Made by a program: the position numbers and the translations under genes | The notes under the pieces: generated by a model | Told to the model about the DNA's origin: nothing | Seen by the model: only the letters and a program-made list of their open reading frames with translations | Database searches by the model: none | Part shown: positions 49,267 to 59,261 of the stretch, one piece after another | Layout: every line of letters starts with the position of its first letter | How positions within the stretch are numbered: position 1 is the stretch's first letter | Assembly (NCBI GenBank): GCA_902602885.1 | Contig: CACKSM010000003.1 | Coordinates: forward strand, 17,573-81,572 | Direction of reading: 5' to 3' | Length of the DNA: 64,000 nt | Origin: an uncultured Alphaproteobacteria bacterium | Lineage (GTDB): Bacteria > Pseudomonadota > Alphaproteobacteria > HIMB59 > GCA-002718135

Positions 49267-50226
49267 ATGAAACTAAGTAATTTAAAAATGCTTGTCATTG
49301 GAGACATTATAATTGATCATTACCAATTTGGAGAAGTGAGCAAAATATCTCCAGAGGCTCCAACACCAATTATAAACCTAAAATCATCGGAATATAAACC
49401 AGGAGGAGCCTCAAATCTTGCAATCAATTTAGCATCAATCGGTGCATCAGTAACCCTGATTGGTGTCGTTAACTCAAAAAAACACATTGGATTGATAAAC
49501 AAATATTTAGCAAATAAAAAAATAAATTTAAAAATTATTATTGATAGCAACTACACAACACCCTTTAAAACTAGATTTATTGCAAATGGGTATCAACTTT
49601 TAAGATTAGACGAAGAAGAAGTTTCAATTAACAAAAAATTTTCATACAATCGAAAAATAATAAATTACGCTAATAAATGGATTAATCAGAATAAAGATAA
49701 TAACACTAGCGCAGCTGTTTTATTTTCTGATTATCAAAAAGGATCATTAATTGATCCAAAAAAAATTATTGAGAAGTGTAAAGAAAAAAAAATTATTACT
49801 TTTTTAGACTCCAAATCACAGGATCTTAATAGATATAAGGGGGTAGAGATATTTAAGCCAAATAATCATGAGTTTAATTCACTGTTTAATAATTCTAATC
49901 AGACTGATGCAAATAAATTTAAATATTTACAATCAAAATTTAAATTTAAAACAATTTTTAGAACATTAGGTGAAGAAGGTATTGAACTTTACTCAAAAAA
50001 CAAATTAAAAAAAATTAAAACCAAATCTGTAAATGTTTTGGATGTAACTGGTGCTGGAGATACTTGTCTTGCTCTAATATCAGTTGCAAAGTTGCTTAAT
50101 TTCTCCGATTATGATTGTGCAATGATTGCAAATAAGGGGTGTGCCCTCGTTATTGATAAGATTGGCACTGCTTCTGTCACAAAGGATAATTTTTTAAATA
50201 TTTTAGATGAATTCAAAAAAAAGTAA
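49267..50226 (+). CDS. D-glycero-manno-heptose-7-phosphate kinase (HldE N-domain; HldA/RfaE1)
   Basis: ISPEAPTP, GGASNLA, SDYQKG and DVTGAGDT motifs. Confidence 0.9.
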   Translation: MKLSNLKMLVIGDIIIDHYQFGEVSKISPEAPTPIINLKSSEYKPGGASNLAINLASIGASVTLIGVVNSKKHIGLINKYLANKKINLKIIIDSNYTTPFKTRFIANGYQLLRLDEEEVSINKKFSYNRKIINYANKWINQNKDNNTSAAVLFSDYQKGSLIDPKKIIEKCKEKKIITFLDSKSQDLNRYKGVEIFKPNNHEFNSLFNNSNQTDANKFKYLQSKFKFKTIFRTLGEEGIELYSKNKLKKIKTKSVNVLDVTGAGDTCLALISVAKLLNFSDYDCAMIANKGCALVIDKIGTASVTKDNFLNILDEFKKK

Positions 50227-50623
50227 AATAGTGTTTACAAATGGATGCTTTGATATTTTACATGCAGGCCATGTTCATCTTCTAAAATACTCAAAAACAC
50301 TTGGAGAAAAATTAATAGTTGGCCTAAATTCTGATAAATCAATCAAAAAATTAAAAAAAGGAAAAAATAGACCTATTAATAACCAAAAGCATAGAAAATT
50401 AATTTTGGAGTCTTTAAGATTTGTTGATCAGGTAATTATATTTAACGAAGAAACCCCGCTAAAGATTATTAAAAAAATCAAACCTGATATTCTTGTGAAA
50501 GGCTCTGATTACAATTTAAATAATATTGTTGGATTAGAGGAAGTTTTAAAAAATGGAGGTAAAGTTAAAATATTTAAAAAAAAAATTAATTTTTCCTCAA
50601 CAAAAATTATTTCTGAATTGTAA
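50207..50623 (+). CDS. Heptose-1-phosphate adenylyltransferase (HldE C-domain; HldC/RfaE2)
   Basis: FTNGCFDILHAGH, VGLNSD, KGSDY and SSTKII motifs. Confidence 0.92.
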   Translation: MNSKKSKIVFTNGCFDILHAGHVHLLKYSKTLGEKLIVGLNSDKSIKKLKKGKNRPINNQKHRKLILESLRFVDQVIIFNEETPLKIIKKIKPDILVKGSDYNLNNIVGLEEVLKNGGKVKIFKKKINFSSTKIISEL

Positions 50624-50679
50624 ATCAATTGAAAATCAATACTATTTAAAAATGATTTTAAATTTTTATATCGATTAAA

Positions 50680-51093
50680 ATGCACGAAAACAGAAAATTT
50701 GAAGTAAAAATTAAGCTTTCCAATAAATCTTTTGGTTACTTTACATCATTTATCTTTTTAATAATATTTTTGTACCCACTTATATTCTATGATGAGTCAA
50801 CTCATCGAATTTGGGCAATAATTATTTCATTAATATTATTTTTATTATCATTTTTTTATAGCAAAATATTTGAGCCCTTAAAAAACCTTTGGTTGAAGAT
50901 TGCAAAAATTATTTCACATATACTATCTATATCAGTAATGTTATTTATTTTTATTTCTACTTTAGTTCCAATCGCTATCATTATGAAAATATTAAGATAT
51001 GATGGCTTGAAACTTAAATTAAAAAAAAATACAAATACATATTGGATAAAAATAAAAAATAATAATCTTGTTTCCTTTAAAGACCAGTTTTAA
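50680..51093 (+). CDS. SxtJ-family membrane protein
   Basis: SNKSFG, TM segments, PLKNLWLK, D.L, TYW and a terminal KDQF. Confidence 0.8.
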   Translation: MHENRKFEVKIKLSNKSFGYFTSFIFLIIFLYPLIFYDESTHRIWAIIISLILFLLSFFYSKIFEPLKNLWLKIAKIISHILSISVMLFIFISTLVPIAIIMKILRYDGLKLKLKKNTNTYWIKIKNNNLVSFKDQF

Positions 51094-51095
51094 AT

Positions 51096-51245
51096 ATGGA
51101 TTTTATCAAACAACTTTTTAAATTTTTTGCAGTTCGAAAAAAATTTTGGTTACTTCCAATAGTCATAATGTTGTTTATATTTGGTGGATTAATTATTTTA
51201 TCTCAGAGTTCAGCAGTTGCCCCTTTTATTTATACATTATTTTAA
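51096..51245 (+). CDS. SxtK/DUF5989-like small membrane protein (49 aa, missing from the ORF track)
   Basis: Manual translation MDFIKQLFKFFAVRKKFWLLPIVIMLFIFGGLIILSQSSAVAPFIYTLF; RKKxWLxP and APFIYTLF signatures. Confidence 0.88.
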   Translation: MDFIKQLFKFFAVRKKFWLLPIVIMLFIFGGLIILSQSSAVAPFIYTLF

Positions 51246-51248
51246 ATT

Positions 51249-53081
51249 GTGAAAATCATACTTGGCATATCAGCTTTTTATCATGATAGTGCAGCTGCTT
51301 TAGTTAAGAATGGTGAAATTGTAGCTGCTGCTCAAGAAGAGCGTTTTACAAGAGTGAAACATGACTCTAATTTTCCATTATATTCTGTTAAATATGTTTT
51401 AGAAGAAGCAAAAATTGAACTGTATGACGTTGATGCGATAATTTTCTATGACAAGCCTCTACTAAAATTTGAAAGATTACTTGAAACATATGTTAGTTTT
51501 GCTCCACGAGGATTGATATCTTTTGTTAAGGCTATGCCAATTGTTTTAAGAGAAAAATTATTTTTAAAAAATTTAATAATCAAAAATTTAAAAACATTAG
51601 ATAAAAGCCTGAAACCAAATAAAATTTTTTTTTCTGAACATCATTTAAGTCACGCTGCAAGTGCATTTTATCCGTCCCCGTTTGAAGAAGCAATTATACT
51701 TACTATGGACGGAGTAGGGGAGTGGGCTACAGCTTCTGTTGCTCAAGGTAAAGGTAAAAATATCAAGATTCTTAAGGAGCTGCATTTTCCACACTCATTA
51801 GGCTTACTTTACTCTGCGTTCACTTACTATTTGGGTTTTAAAGTTAATAGTGGTGAGTATAAAGTCATGGGATTAGCTCCTTATGGTAAACCAAAATACA
51901 AAAATATTATATTAAATAAATTAATTGATCTTAAAAGTGATGGGTCTTTTAGGTTAGTTATGAAATATTTTAATTTTGCAACTGGTTTAACCATGATCAA
52001 TAGTTCATTTTCCAAACTATTCAAACAGCCTATAAGAAAAGAAAAAGAGAAACTAACAGAATTTCATATGGATATTGCTGCTTCTATTCAGGCTGCGACA
52101 GAAGAAATTCTCTTAAAAATAACTAGTAATATTCATCAAGAATATAAGATTGACAATTTATGTTTAGCTGGCGGAGTTGCATTAAACTGTGTTGCAAATG
52201 GAAAAATATTACGAGATAATAAATTTAAACAAGTATGGGTTCAGCCTGCACCAGGAGATTCTGGTGCTGCACTTGGGGCAGCATTGCTATTATATTATAG
52301 TAAAAAAGAAAATCAAAGAAAGATAGTTTCTAAAGAAGACTTAATGAATGGCGCCTACCTTGGTCCATCCTATACAAATTCTCAAATTGAAAAAGATCTT
52401 AAAAATGTAAATGCTAAATATATTTTATTAGATGATGAAGAACTAATTAATGAGGTTTCTAATTTATTATACAAAGGAATGATTGTTGGGTGGTTTCAAG
52501 GAAGAATGGAATTTGGACCTAGGGCACTAGGATCAAGATCGATATTAGCCAATCCAATGATTAAAGATATGCAAAAAAAACTAAATTTAAAAATTAAGTT
52601 TAGAGAGTCATTTAGACCATTTGCTCCAGCAGTAATTTATGAAAATTTATCTGAGTGGTTTGATTTAGACATTAAAAGTCCTTACATGCAATTTGTTAGT
52701 CGTGTTAACAAAGATAAAATATTAATTGATGAGAATACAAAAAGTTTTTTTGGAATAGAGCGTCTAAATTTAATCCGCTCTCAAATTCCATGTGTTACAC
52801 ATGTAGATTATAGTGCTAGAATTCAAACTGTGCATAAGAATACAAATTTTAGATTTTATTCTTTAATAAAAGCTTTCAAAGATTTAACTAATTGTCCAGT
52901 ATTATGTAATACATCATTTAATATTAGGGGTGAGCCAATAGTTAATTCTCCTTATGATGCATATAGATGTTTTATGGGCACTCAAATGGACGTACTAGCT
53001 ATTGGAAATTACATTTTATTTAAAAATGATCAAATCAACAATCTTGATCCTAATTATAAAAATCAATTTTTAAACGACTAA
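51249..53081 (+). CDS. O-carbamoyltransferase (NodU/CmcH/SxtI family)
   Basis: GISAFYHDSAA, QEERFTR.KH, HHLSHAASAF, GEYKVMGLAPYG, EFGPRALG and NTSFN motifs. Confidence 0.95.
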   Translation: MKIILGISAFYHDSAAALVKNGEIVAAAQEERFTRVKHDSNFPLYSVKYVLEEAKIELYDVDAIIFYDKPLLKFERLLETYVSFAPRGLISFVKAMPIVLREKLFLKNLIIKNLKTLDKSLKPNKIFFSEHHLSHAASAFYPSPFEEAIILTMDGVGEWATASVAQGKGKNIKILKELHFPHSLGLLYSAFTYYLGFKVNSGEYKVMGLAPYGKPKYKNIILNKLIDLKSDGSFRLVMKYFNFATGLTMINSSFSKLFKQPIRKEKEKLTEFHMDIAASIQAATEEILLKITSNIHQEYKIDNLCLAGGVALNCVANGKILRDNKFKQVWVQPAPGDSGAALGAALLLYYSKKENQRKIVSKEDLMNGAYLGPSYTNSQIEKDLKNVNAKYILLDDEELINEVSNLLYKGMIVGWFQGRMEFGPRALGSRSILANPMIKDMQKKLNLKIKFRESFRPFAPAVIYENLSEWFDLDIKSPYMQFVSRVNKDKILIDENTKSFFGIERLNLIRSQIPCVTHVDYSARIQTVHKNTNFRFYSLIKAFKDLTNCPVLCNTSFNIRGEPIVNSPYDAYRCFMGTQMDVLAIGNYILFKNDQINNLDPNYKNQFLND

Positions 53082-53218
53082 TCTCAAGAAATAACACTAC
53101 TGATATCTAGTTTGAATTATTACGCAAAATGCTGTTTGCAAATATGTTTATATACATATTTAGTTTTTTAATAATTGTGATTTAAAATTAATAATATATA
53201 GCAGACTATTTACTTTAT

Positions 53219-53295
<77 letters not shown>

Positions 53296-53420
53296 AAATC
53301 AATATAATCAATCAAATTGCTATTACTTAATATTTCTTTTAATTTTAACAACTTAAATTTAATCGTTGCTCTTAAATTCAAATTTTTTTATTTAGTTTTA
53401 ATTTATATATAAAAATAATT

Positions 53421-54284
53421 ATGAAAAATTATATTTTAATAATATGCATTATAATTGTTTGCCCTATAACTTTTATAATTTTATCTCCAAGATCTGTATT
53501 AGTTGAAGTTAGAAATTTTTTTATTTATGAAAAATTTATTGATTTAGATAAAATTAATCCTCAAATTAATAATATTAAATTTATACAAGATACATTCAAG
53601 AATAAATTAAATTCTTTTGAAGATTTCTATGATTATAGAAAAGGGAGATTAAGAAATAAAGCTTTTTCAAATGAAATTATTTTTAATGAAAAAGTAGATG
53701 ATTGTTTTGGAAATAATAACAAAGGATATATGTGTGGTTGTAGTGATATTTCGGAAATAATTTTAGCTTTTTGTTCTTCTAAAAATAATAATTGTTTTGA
53801 AGTAGTTAATTCAAGTGTACATTCAATAGTTTATAATAAAACTACTAATACTGTAATAGATCTTTTTTATGGTTATTATTTTCAAGGTACAATTAGTGAG
53901 CTTGTCGAACTTGCAAAAAAGAAAAAAATTTCTGAAAGTCCAAGATTTCATATAATTGGTGGAAAATATATAGCAGCACATATAGATCTCAATAATTTAG
54001 ACAATATAAATAATAAAATTAATTATGATTTTACCGTTAACAAACTAAATGATGTTGAAATCGAATTTATTGATTCACATTATAGTTATTTATTTAAATC
54101 ATGGGATGATTATATACTTGAGAGTCTTGGTAATGATGCAAATAAATTATTGATTCAAAGAGGTCAATATTATTGGACTGGTAATGAATTTTTTTATCCT
54201 CTATTGGTTCATATAAGAACAGTTAACAACAACTTATATAGAGTTGTAAAAGAAATATTGGGTTATTATTACAATGGTAGGTAA
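53421..54284 (+). CDS. Membrane-anchored hypothetical protein with a transglutaminase-like Cys-His-Asp motif
   Basis: N-terminal TM; GCSDISEI...VHSIVY...VIDLFYG. Confidence 0.55.
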   Translation: MKNYILIICIIIVCPITFIILSPRSVLVEVRNFFIYEKFIDLDKINPQINNIKFIQDTFKNKLNSFEDFYDYRKGRLRNKAFSNEIIFNEKVDDCFGNNNKGYMCGCSDISEIILAFCSSKNNNCFEVVNSSVHSIVYNKTTNTVIDLFYGYYFQGTISELVELAKKKKISESPRFHIIGGKYIAAHIDLNNLDNINNKINYDFTVNKLNDVEIEFIDSHYSYLFKSWDDYILESLGNDANKLLIQRGQYYWTGNEFFYPLLVHIRTVNNNLYRVVKEILGYYYNGR

Positions 54285-54325
54285 TTAATATTTTACAAAA
54301 TAATATTCATATATTATTTATAACT

Positions 54326-55171
54326 ATGTCACTAAAATTAGATGATATTAAGTTATCAAATAAAAAAATATCAATATTAAATAAGAAACCTTTTCCGTTC
54401 TTCTGTTGGGATAATTTCCTTCCTATAGATATGTACAAAGAGCTAGAAGCTTGTTGGCCAGATGACTCATATTTTAAATCTTCAATTTATGGAGGCAAGC
54501 AATCCATTCAAAAAAATCAAAGTGATTTAGTTGAGAAATTTTTTGACAAAAATCAAATTTGGAGAGATTTATTATGTTTATTTGATAGTCAGCAATTCAT
54601 AGATGACGCTAAACAATTTATCAAGCCATTACAATTTCCTCATCGACCTATAATTTCTATGAAAAATTGGAAACTTAATAAACAAAAAAACCTATCAAAT
54701 TTTTTTACTACTAACGAAGTTGAGATTGACTGGGAATTATCAAGATACAATAAAAACAATTTTCTGTCTCCTCATACAGATAGATTGACAAAATACATAT
54801 CACTACTTCTTTATTTTCCTGATCGAAAATGGAATCAAAGTTATGGAGGAGGAACCGTGATGTATGAGTCTAAAGAAAAAAAATATGAACGAAATTGGGG
54901 TAATGTTTACATTCCTCTTGAATACATGAATAAAGTAAAAACTTTTGAATATATTGAAAATAGAATGGTGGGTTTTATAAAAACGGCAAACTCTTGGCAT
55001 GGCGTAGAGCCAATTAATCAACCAAGTAATATTTACAGAAAAGCCCTTGCAATTAACATAAGCTTAAGTGAAAAATCAAAAATGTCTTTTTCAAATAGGG
55101 CAAAAGAGTCTTTTGTGAGGAGGATTTCATACAACAGATTTAAGAATATTGATGTTCATAAAAAAAATTAA
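54326..55171 (+). CDS. 2OG-Fe(II) oxygenase superfamily protein
   Basis: PFP..DNFLP, HTD, GGT, NSWHGV and RK motifs (HxD..H..R). Confidence 0.85.
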   Translation: MSLKLDDIKLSNKKISILNKKPFPFFCWDNFLPIDMYKELEACWPDDSYFKSSIYGGKQSIQKNQSDLVEKFFDKNQIWRDLLCLFDSQQFIDDAKQFIKPLQFPHRPIISMKNWKLNKQKNLSNFFTTNEVEIDWELSRYNKNNFLSPHTDRLTKYISLLLYFPDRKWNQSYGGGTVMYESKEKKYERNWGNVYIPLEYMNKVKTFEYIENRMVGFIKTANSWHGVEPINQPSNIYRKALAINISLSEKSKMSFSNRAKESFVRRISYNRFKNIDVHKKN

Positions 55172-55209
55172 TGGTATTAGGATAATAAGTTTCTAATAAA
55201 TAGTAAACT

Positions 55210-56142
55210 ATGCTGAATATTTTTTATAAAAATAAAAAAATTAATGTCTTTTTTTTGATTGTTTCATTAATTTTAAGCATATTATCTTATATCTTCTTAA
55301 ATAATTTAAGATCAAATATAATTAGTTTTGATGGAATATCTGAATTCAGATTAAACTCTGATTTAATTTGTTCAACCATAGAGATATATGAAGAATTAAA
55401 TGAAATAGATTATAAAATACAATTAAACAATCAAATTAATATTTTACAAAAGGTAGACTCAGAAATAGGTGGTATGATAGCCTCTAAGATGATTTTAACT
55501 AAGGATTATAAATCAGATAAATCCCTTTGCAAATACAAAGGAGAAATGTCCAAATCTATGATGGCTTTTTATGATATAATTATGATTAGTTTGTATTCAC
55601 AACTAAATTTTAAAAATTTTATTGATTTCTATAATTATAATGATTTATCGATCAATCCAATAAAGACAAACTTTATTTTTGATAAAGATAATGTAAATTT
55701 TGCAGGATATGATAAGGACAGATATCAGTTTACGGAGTCTATAAAAGTAAAATTTTACAAACTTGGTATACCTCTTTTTAAAAATCTAAATATTACCTAT
55801 GATGAATTTATTGATAATTTCAGAAATTTTTATAACCAAATTCTAATTGATAGTTACTCAAATTTAATCAACAATATTTATAATCAAAATCTTTTGAAAT
55901 TAAAAAATATTAATGAAAAGTCTCTAATAATAGATTCAAAAGAAAATTTACTTCAATTAAACATTTATTTTTTAAATGAATTTAGTGATCTTACAAACAA
56001 AGATTTTCTTATTTTGCAAGACTCCAAAAGGTTGGATGAGTTACCTTTTGACAGACGTTATTTGTCTATATTCATATTTATTTTCTTGATGATTAGTTTG
56101 AATGGTATTCTAATTCAGTATCAGAAGATGAATGATTTCTAA
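55210..56142 (+). CDS. Hypothetical protein with N- and C-terminal TMs (Wzz-like topology)
   Basis: Two terminal hydrophobic helices flank a long soluble region; overlaps the start of the ligase/polymerase gene. Confidence 0.5.
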   Translation: MLNIFYKNKKINVFFLIVSLILSILSYIFLNNLRSNIISFDGISEFRLNSDLICSTIEIYEELNEIDYKIQLNNQINILQKVDSEIGGMIASKMILTKDYKSDKSLCKYKGEMSKSMMAFYDIIMISLYSQLNFKNFIDFYNYNDLSINPIKTNFIFDKDNVNFAGYDKDRYQFTESIKVKFYKLGIPLFKNLNITYDEFIDNFRNFYNQILIDSYSNLINNIYNQNLLKLKNINEKSLIIDSKENLLQLNIYFLNEFSDLTNKDFLILQDSKRLDELPFDRRYLSIFIFIFLMISLNGILIQYQKMNDF

Positions 56143-57400
56143 CAAATTAATTACAAATAAATTTTTTCCAATTGCAATTATTTCACTAATTCCATTATTA
56201 ATAACTGGTCCATTGATTCCAGAGGTAATTATTATTTTAGCAGTTTTTTTTTATTTTTATAATTTTCATAAAATAAATATCTATTTCAACACATTCTATT
56301 TAGGTTTATTGTTCTATTTTATTTATTTAATAGTTCTTTCTTTATTTGCTGAAGATACCTTCTTATCTCTAGAAAGTTCATTATTTTATTTTAGATTTTT
56401 TATTTTCTCTATTGTGATTGTTTATTTATTTTTTAATTTTAAAGATTTTAAAAATTATTTATCAAATCTAATCACTTTAATCATGTTAATTATTTTTATT
56501 GATTTAATGATTACTTTAATTTTTGGGCAAAATTTATTAGGAGATAAAATTACTCATTCAAGATTTTCTAGTTTTTTTGGTGAAGAAAAAAAATTAGGGA
56601 CATATATTTTAAGAATTTTTTTTATATTTGTTCTTTGTCAACCTCTTAAAAATAAACAAATTTGGAGTAATAAATTTATTTTTATTTTTATAATTACACA
56701 TATTTTAATTATGTTTGCAGGTCAAAGGGGATGTTTAATCCAATTATTATTATTCGATATTTTTCTCATCGTATTTTCTATTAAAATTTTTTCAATAAAA
56801 AACGCTATAATTTTATTTACATTATTATTTACATCTATTTTAATTGTTAAAAATAATGAAATTTTAAGTAATCGAATTATAGATACCACATTTTATGATT
56901 TGAATATTAAAAAATATTTAATTACTTCTGAAATATTTGAAAAAAATATAGATGAGATAGTGAATGACATACAAAACATCAATCCATATCCAAATCATTA
57001 TCAAAGAATATATGGTAATAGTCTTAAAATTTTTTATGATAACTATATATTTGGGATAGGTCCAAAAATGTTTCGTATTGCTTGCAAAGAATATGATTAT
57101 AATGACAGTTGCTCAACCCATCCACATAATATGTATCTTCAACTTCTATCCGAAACGGGTTTAGTTGGAACAATTTTTATTTTAGGTCTATACTTTTATT
57201 TCAGTTTTAATAATTTTAATAATTACAAGATCAATGTTAAAAAAAATAATTATTTTATTATCTCATTAGTTGTATTTGTTTTATTTTTTCCGTTTTCAAC
57301 TTCAACAAATATTTATAATAATTGGATATCCATATTAAATTTCTACATAATCTCTTTAGTAATTTGTCAAAATCGTTATAAAAAAGATTTTTATGATTAA
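56132..57400 (+). CDS. O-antigen ligase/polymerase family (Wzy_C) protein
   Basis: Multi-TM; RFSSFFGEE, GIGPKMFR and HPHNMYLQLLSETGLVG motifs. Confidence 0.88.
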   Translation: MISNKLITNKFFPIAIISLIPLLITGPLIPEVIIILAVFFYFYNFHKINIYFNTFYLGLLFYFIYLIVLSLFAEDTFLSLESSLFYFRFFIFSIVIVYLFFNFKDFKNYLSNLITLIMLIIFIDLMITLIFGQNLLGDKITHSRFSSFFGEEKKLGTYILRIFFIFVLCQPLKNKQIWSNKFIFIFIITHILIMFAGQRGCLIQLLLFDIFLIVFSIKIFSIKNAIILFTLLFTSILIVKNNEILSNRIIDTTFYDLNIKKYLITSEIFEKNIDEIVNDIQNINPYPNHYQRIYGNSLKIFYDNYIFGIGPKMFRIACKEYDYNDSCSTHPHNMYLQLLSETGLVGTIFILGLYFYFSFNNFNNYKINVKKNNYFIISLVVFVLFFPFSTSTNIYNNWISILNFYIISLVICQNRYKKDFYD

Positions 57401-58412
57401 TGTTGGAATTATTGGGTTTGGTAGAATAGGTAGATCAATCTTTCGTTTAATTTCGGATGAAAAAAAAATAAAAGTAAAATTAATAAGTGATTTATATGAC
57501 GATATAGATAATTTAATTTACTTAATTAAAAATGATACAACTTATGGTCAATTTAAGCGTGAGATTAAACCTAAAGATAAAAACAAACTATTACTAGAAA
57601 AAAAAATAATTCATTATTTTACAAATAAAGAAATAAATGAAAATAAATTAAAAAAATTGCAGCTTGATGTATTGATTATTTCAAATGGCATTTCAAGCGT
57701 AATAGATAATTTTATCAGTTTTCAAAAAAAAGGATTAGTAAAAAAAATAATAATAACAAATAGTACTGATAAGTGTGAAAAAGAAATTGTTATGGGTGTT
57801 AATGATGTAAATAATCTAAAAAAATATAATATTTTCTCTAGCAGTATTTGTGATGCAAATGCAATATCACATCTTTTAAATATTTTAGAAAAAAATAATT
57901 TATGTAAAAATGGTTCTGTTACAACAATCCATCCCTGGTTATCATACCAAAACTTAGTTGATAGTTTCTCTATTTCACAAACAAATCCGAACTTTAATTG
58001 GACGAATTATGCTTTAGGAAGGTCGTCTATTGATAATATTATACCAAAAGACACAACTGCAATTGATGCTGTAGATAAAATTTTACCAGGAATTAGATCA
58101 AAATTTCTATCTTTTTCTTATAGAGTTCCCAATAGTATTGTAGCTTCTTCAGATTTAACAATTAATTTAAATAAAAAAGTTTCAAGTAAACAACTTAAAA
58201 ATTTAATGGAAAATGAGTTTAAGAACAGTAAATACGTAAAACTTAACTATGAATCTCTTGTCTCTCTCGACTATAAAGAGTCAAAGTACAGTGCAATAAT
58301 TGATATGCAATGGATAAAAGTTAAAAACAATACGGCGAAGTTTGTTATATGGTATGATAATGAATTTGGTTATAGTATGAACGTTATTAATTTGATTAAA
58401 AAAATATTTTAG
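57393..58412 (+). CDS. Divergent GAPDH/E4PDH-family aldehyde dehydrogenase
   Basis: GFGRIGR, catalytic-Cys region SSICDAN, TIH, RVP and WYDNEFGYS. Confidence 0.85.
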   Translation: MINVGIIGFGRIGRSIFRLISDEKKIKVKLISDLYDDIDNLIYLIKNDTTYGQFKREIKPKDKNKLLLEKKIIHYFTNKEINENKLKKLQLDVLIISNGISSVIDNFISFQKKGLVKKIIITNSTDKCEKEIVMGVNDVNNLKKYNIFSSSICDANAISHLLNILEKNNLCKNGSVTTIHPWLSYQNLVDSFSISQTNPNFNWTNYALGRSSIDNIIPKDTTAIDAVDKILPGIRSKFLSFSYRVPNSIVASSDLTINLNKKVSSKQLKNLMENEFKNSKYVKLNYESLVSLDYKESKYSAIIDMQWIKVKNNTAKFVIWYDNEFGYSMNVINLIKKIF

Positions 58413-58415
58413 AAT

Positions 58416-59255
58416 TTGGAATTAGCTATTAAAAATTATTGTAAAATTTGTAAAAGTAGTAAAATTAGACAATTTGCACATTCTGCTAAATGTTTAAATT
58501 GTAAAGTTTTATTATACTATCCTTATCCCAGCGAGTCCGAATTAAAAAATGCACCTGCTAATGATTACTATAGTTGGTACAACTTAAGTTTTGATAAAAA
58601 TATTATCAATTTTATAGAGATGATTAAATTTACTGTTAATAGATCTAATTATTCAAAAAAAATAAAAGTTTTAGATTATGGTGGTGGCTCTGGTCAATTT
58701 GCACTTATTTTTAAAAGTCTTTTTCCTAGCGCAGAAGTATTTATAGTTGATATAGATGATACTGGGTTGTTCAGTCAATTCAAGAGCTTAAACAATCAAA
58801 TTCTTTTTAAAAATTTTTCCTTAGATAAAAACAAGTTTGATTATATCTTTCTTAATGATGTTTATGAACATGTAGATGATCCAATCAAAGTGTTAAAAAC
58901 ATTAAAAGCTAAATTAAATTCTGAAGGTTTAATTTTTATTGATACACCTAAACATTTTTGGATTTACCCATTTTTTCAATTTTTCTCAAAAAAAATATAT
59001 TTAAAATTATTGCAAGGAACAGTTTCATTAAGCCATTTGCAGATATGGAGTTTAAAAAGTTTCGAAATAAGTGTAAAAAAAGCAGGAATGAAAATTGATA
59101 AAATAAAACTATTATCAGAATTTACTATGACTCCTGACTATTATTTGTCAAATATGAAATTTAAAAATAAGTTTGTTATAAATTTCTTTACTTTCATTTT
59201 TTTTGTAATTAAAAAAACTTTTAAAAATAAAATTTTTTCAACTTTAAAAAAATAA
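58416..59255 (+). CDS. Class I SAM-dependent methyltransferase with an N-terminal Zn-ribbon
   Basis: CKIC...CLNC, VLDYGGGSG and DVYEHVDDP motifs. Confidence 0.88.
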   Translation: MELAIKNYCKICKSSKIRQFAHSAKCLNCKVLLYYPYPSESELKNAPANDYYSWYNLSFDKNIINFIEMIKFTVNRSNYSKKIKVLDYGGGSGQFALIFKSLFPSAEVFIVDIDDTGLFSQFKSLNNQILFKNFSLDKNKFDYIFLNDVYEHVDDPIKVLKTLKAKLNSEGLIFIDTPKHFWIYPFFQFFSKKIYLKLLQGTVSLSHLQIWSLKSFEISVKKAGMKIDKIKLLSEFTMTPDYYLSNMKFKNKFVINFFTFIFFVIKKTFKNKIFSTLKK

Positions 59256-59261
59256 CTTTAC

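Noticed and set aside
50680-53081. Saxitoxin biosynthesis
   Set aside because: Only the I/J/K-like triad is present. There are no sxtA- or sxtG-like genes, and the context is LPS.
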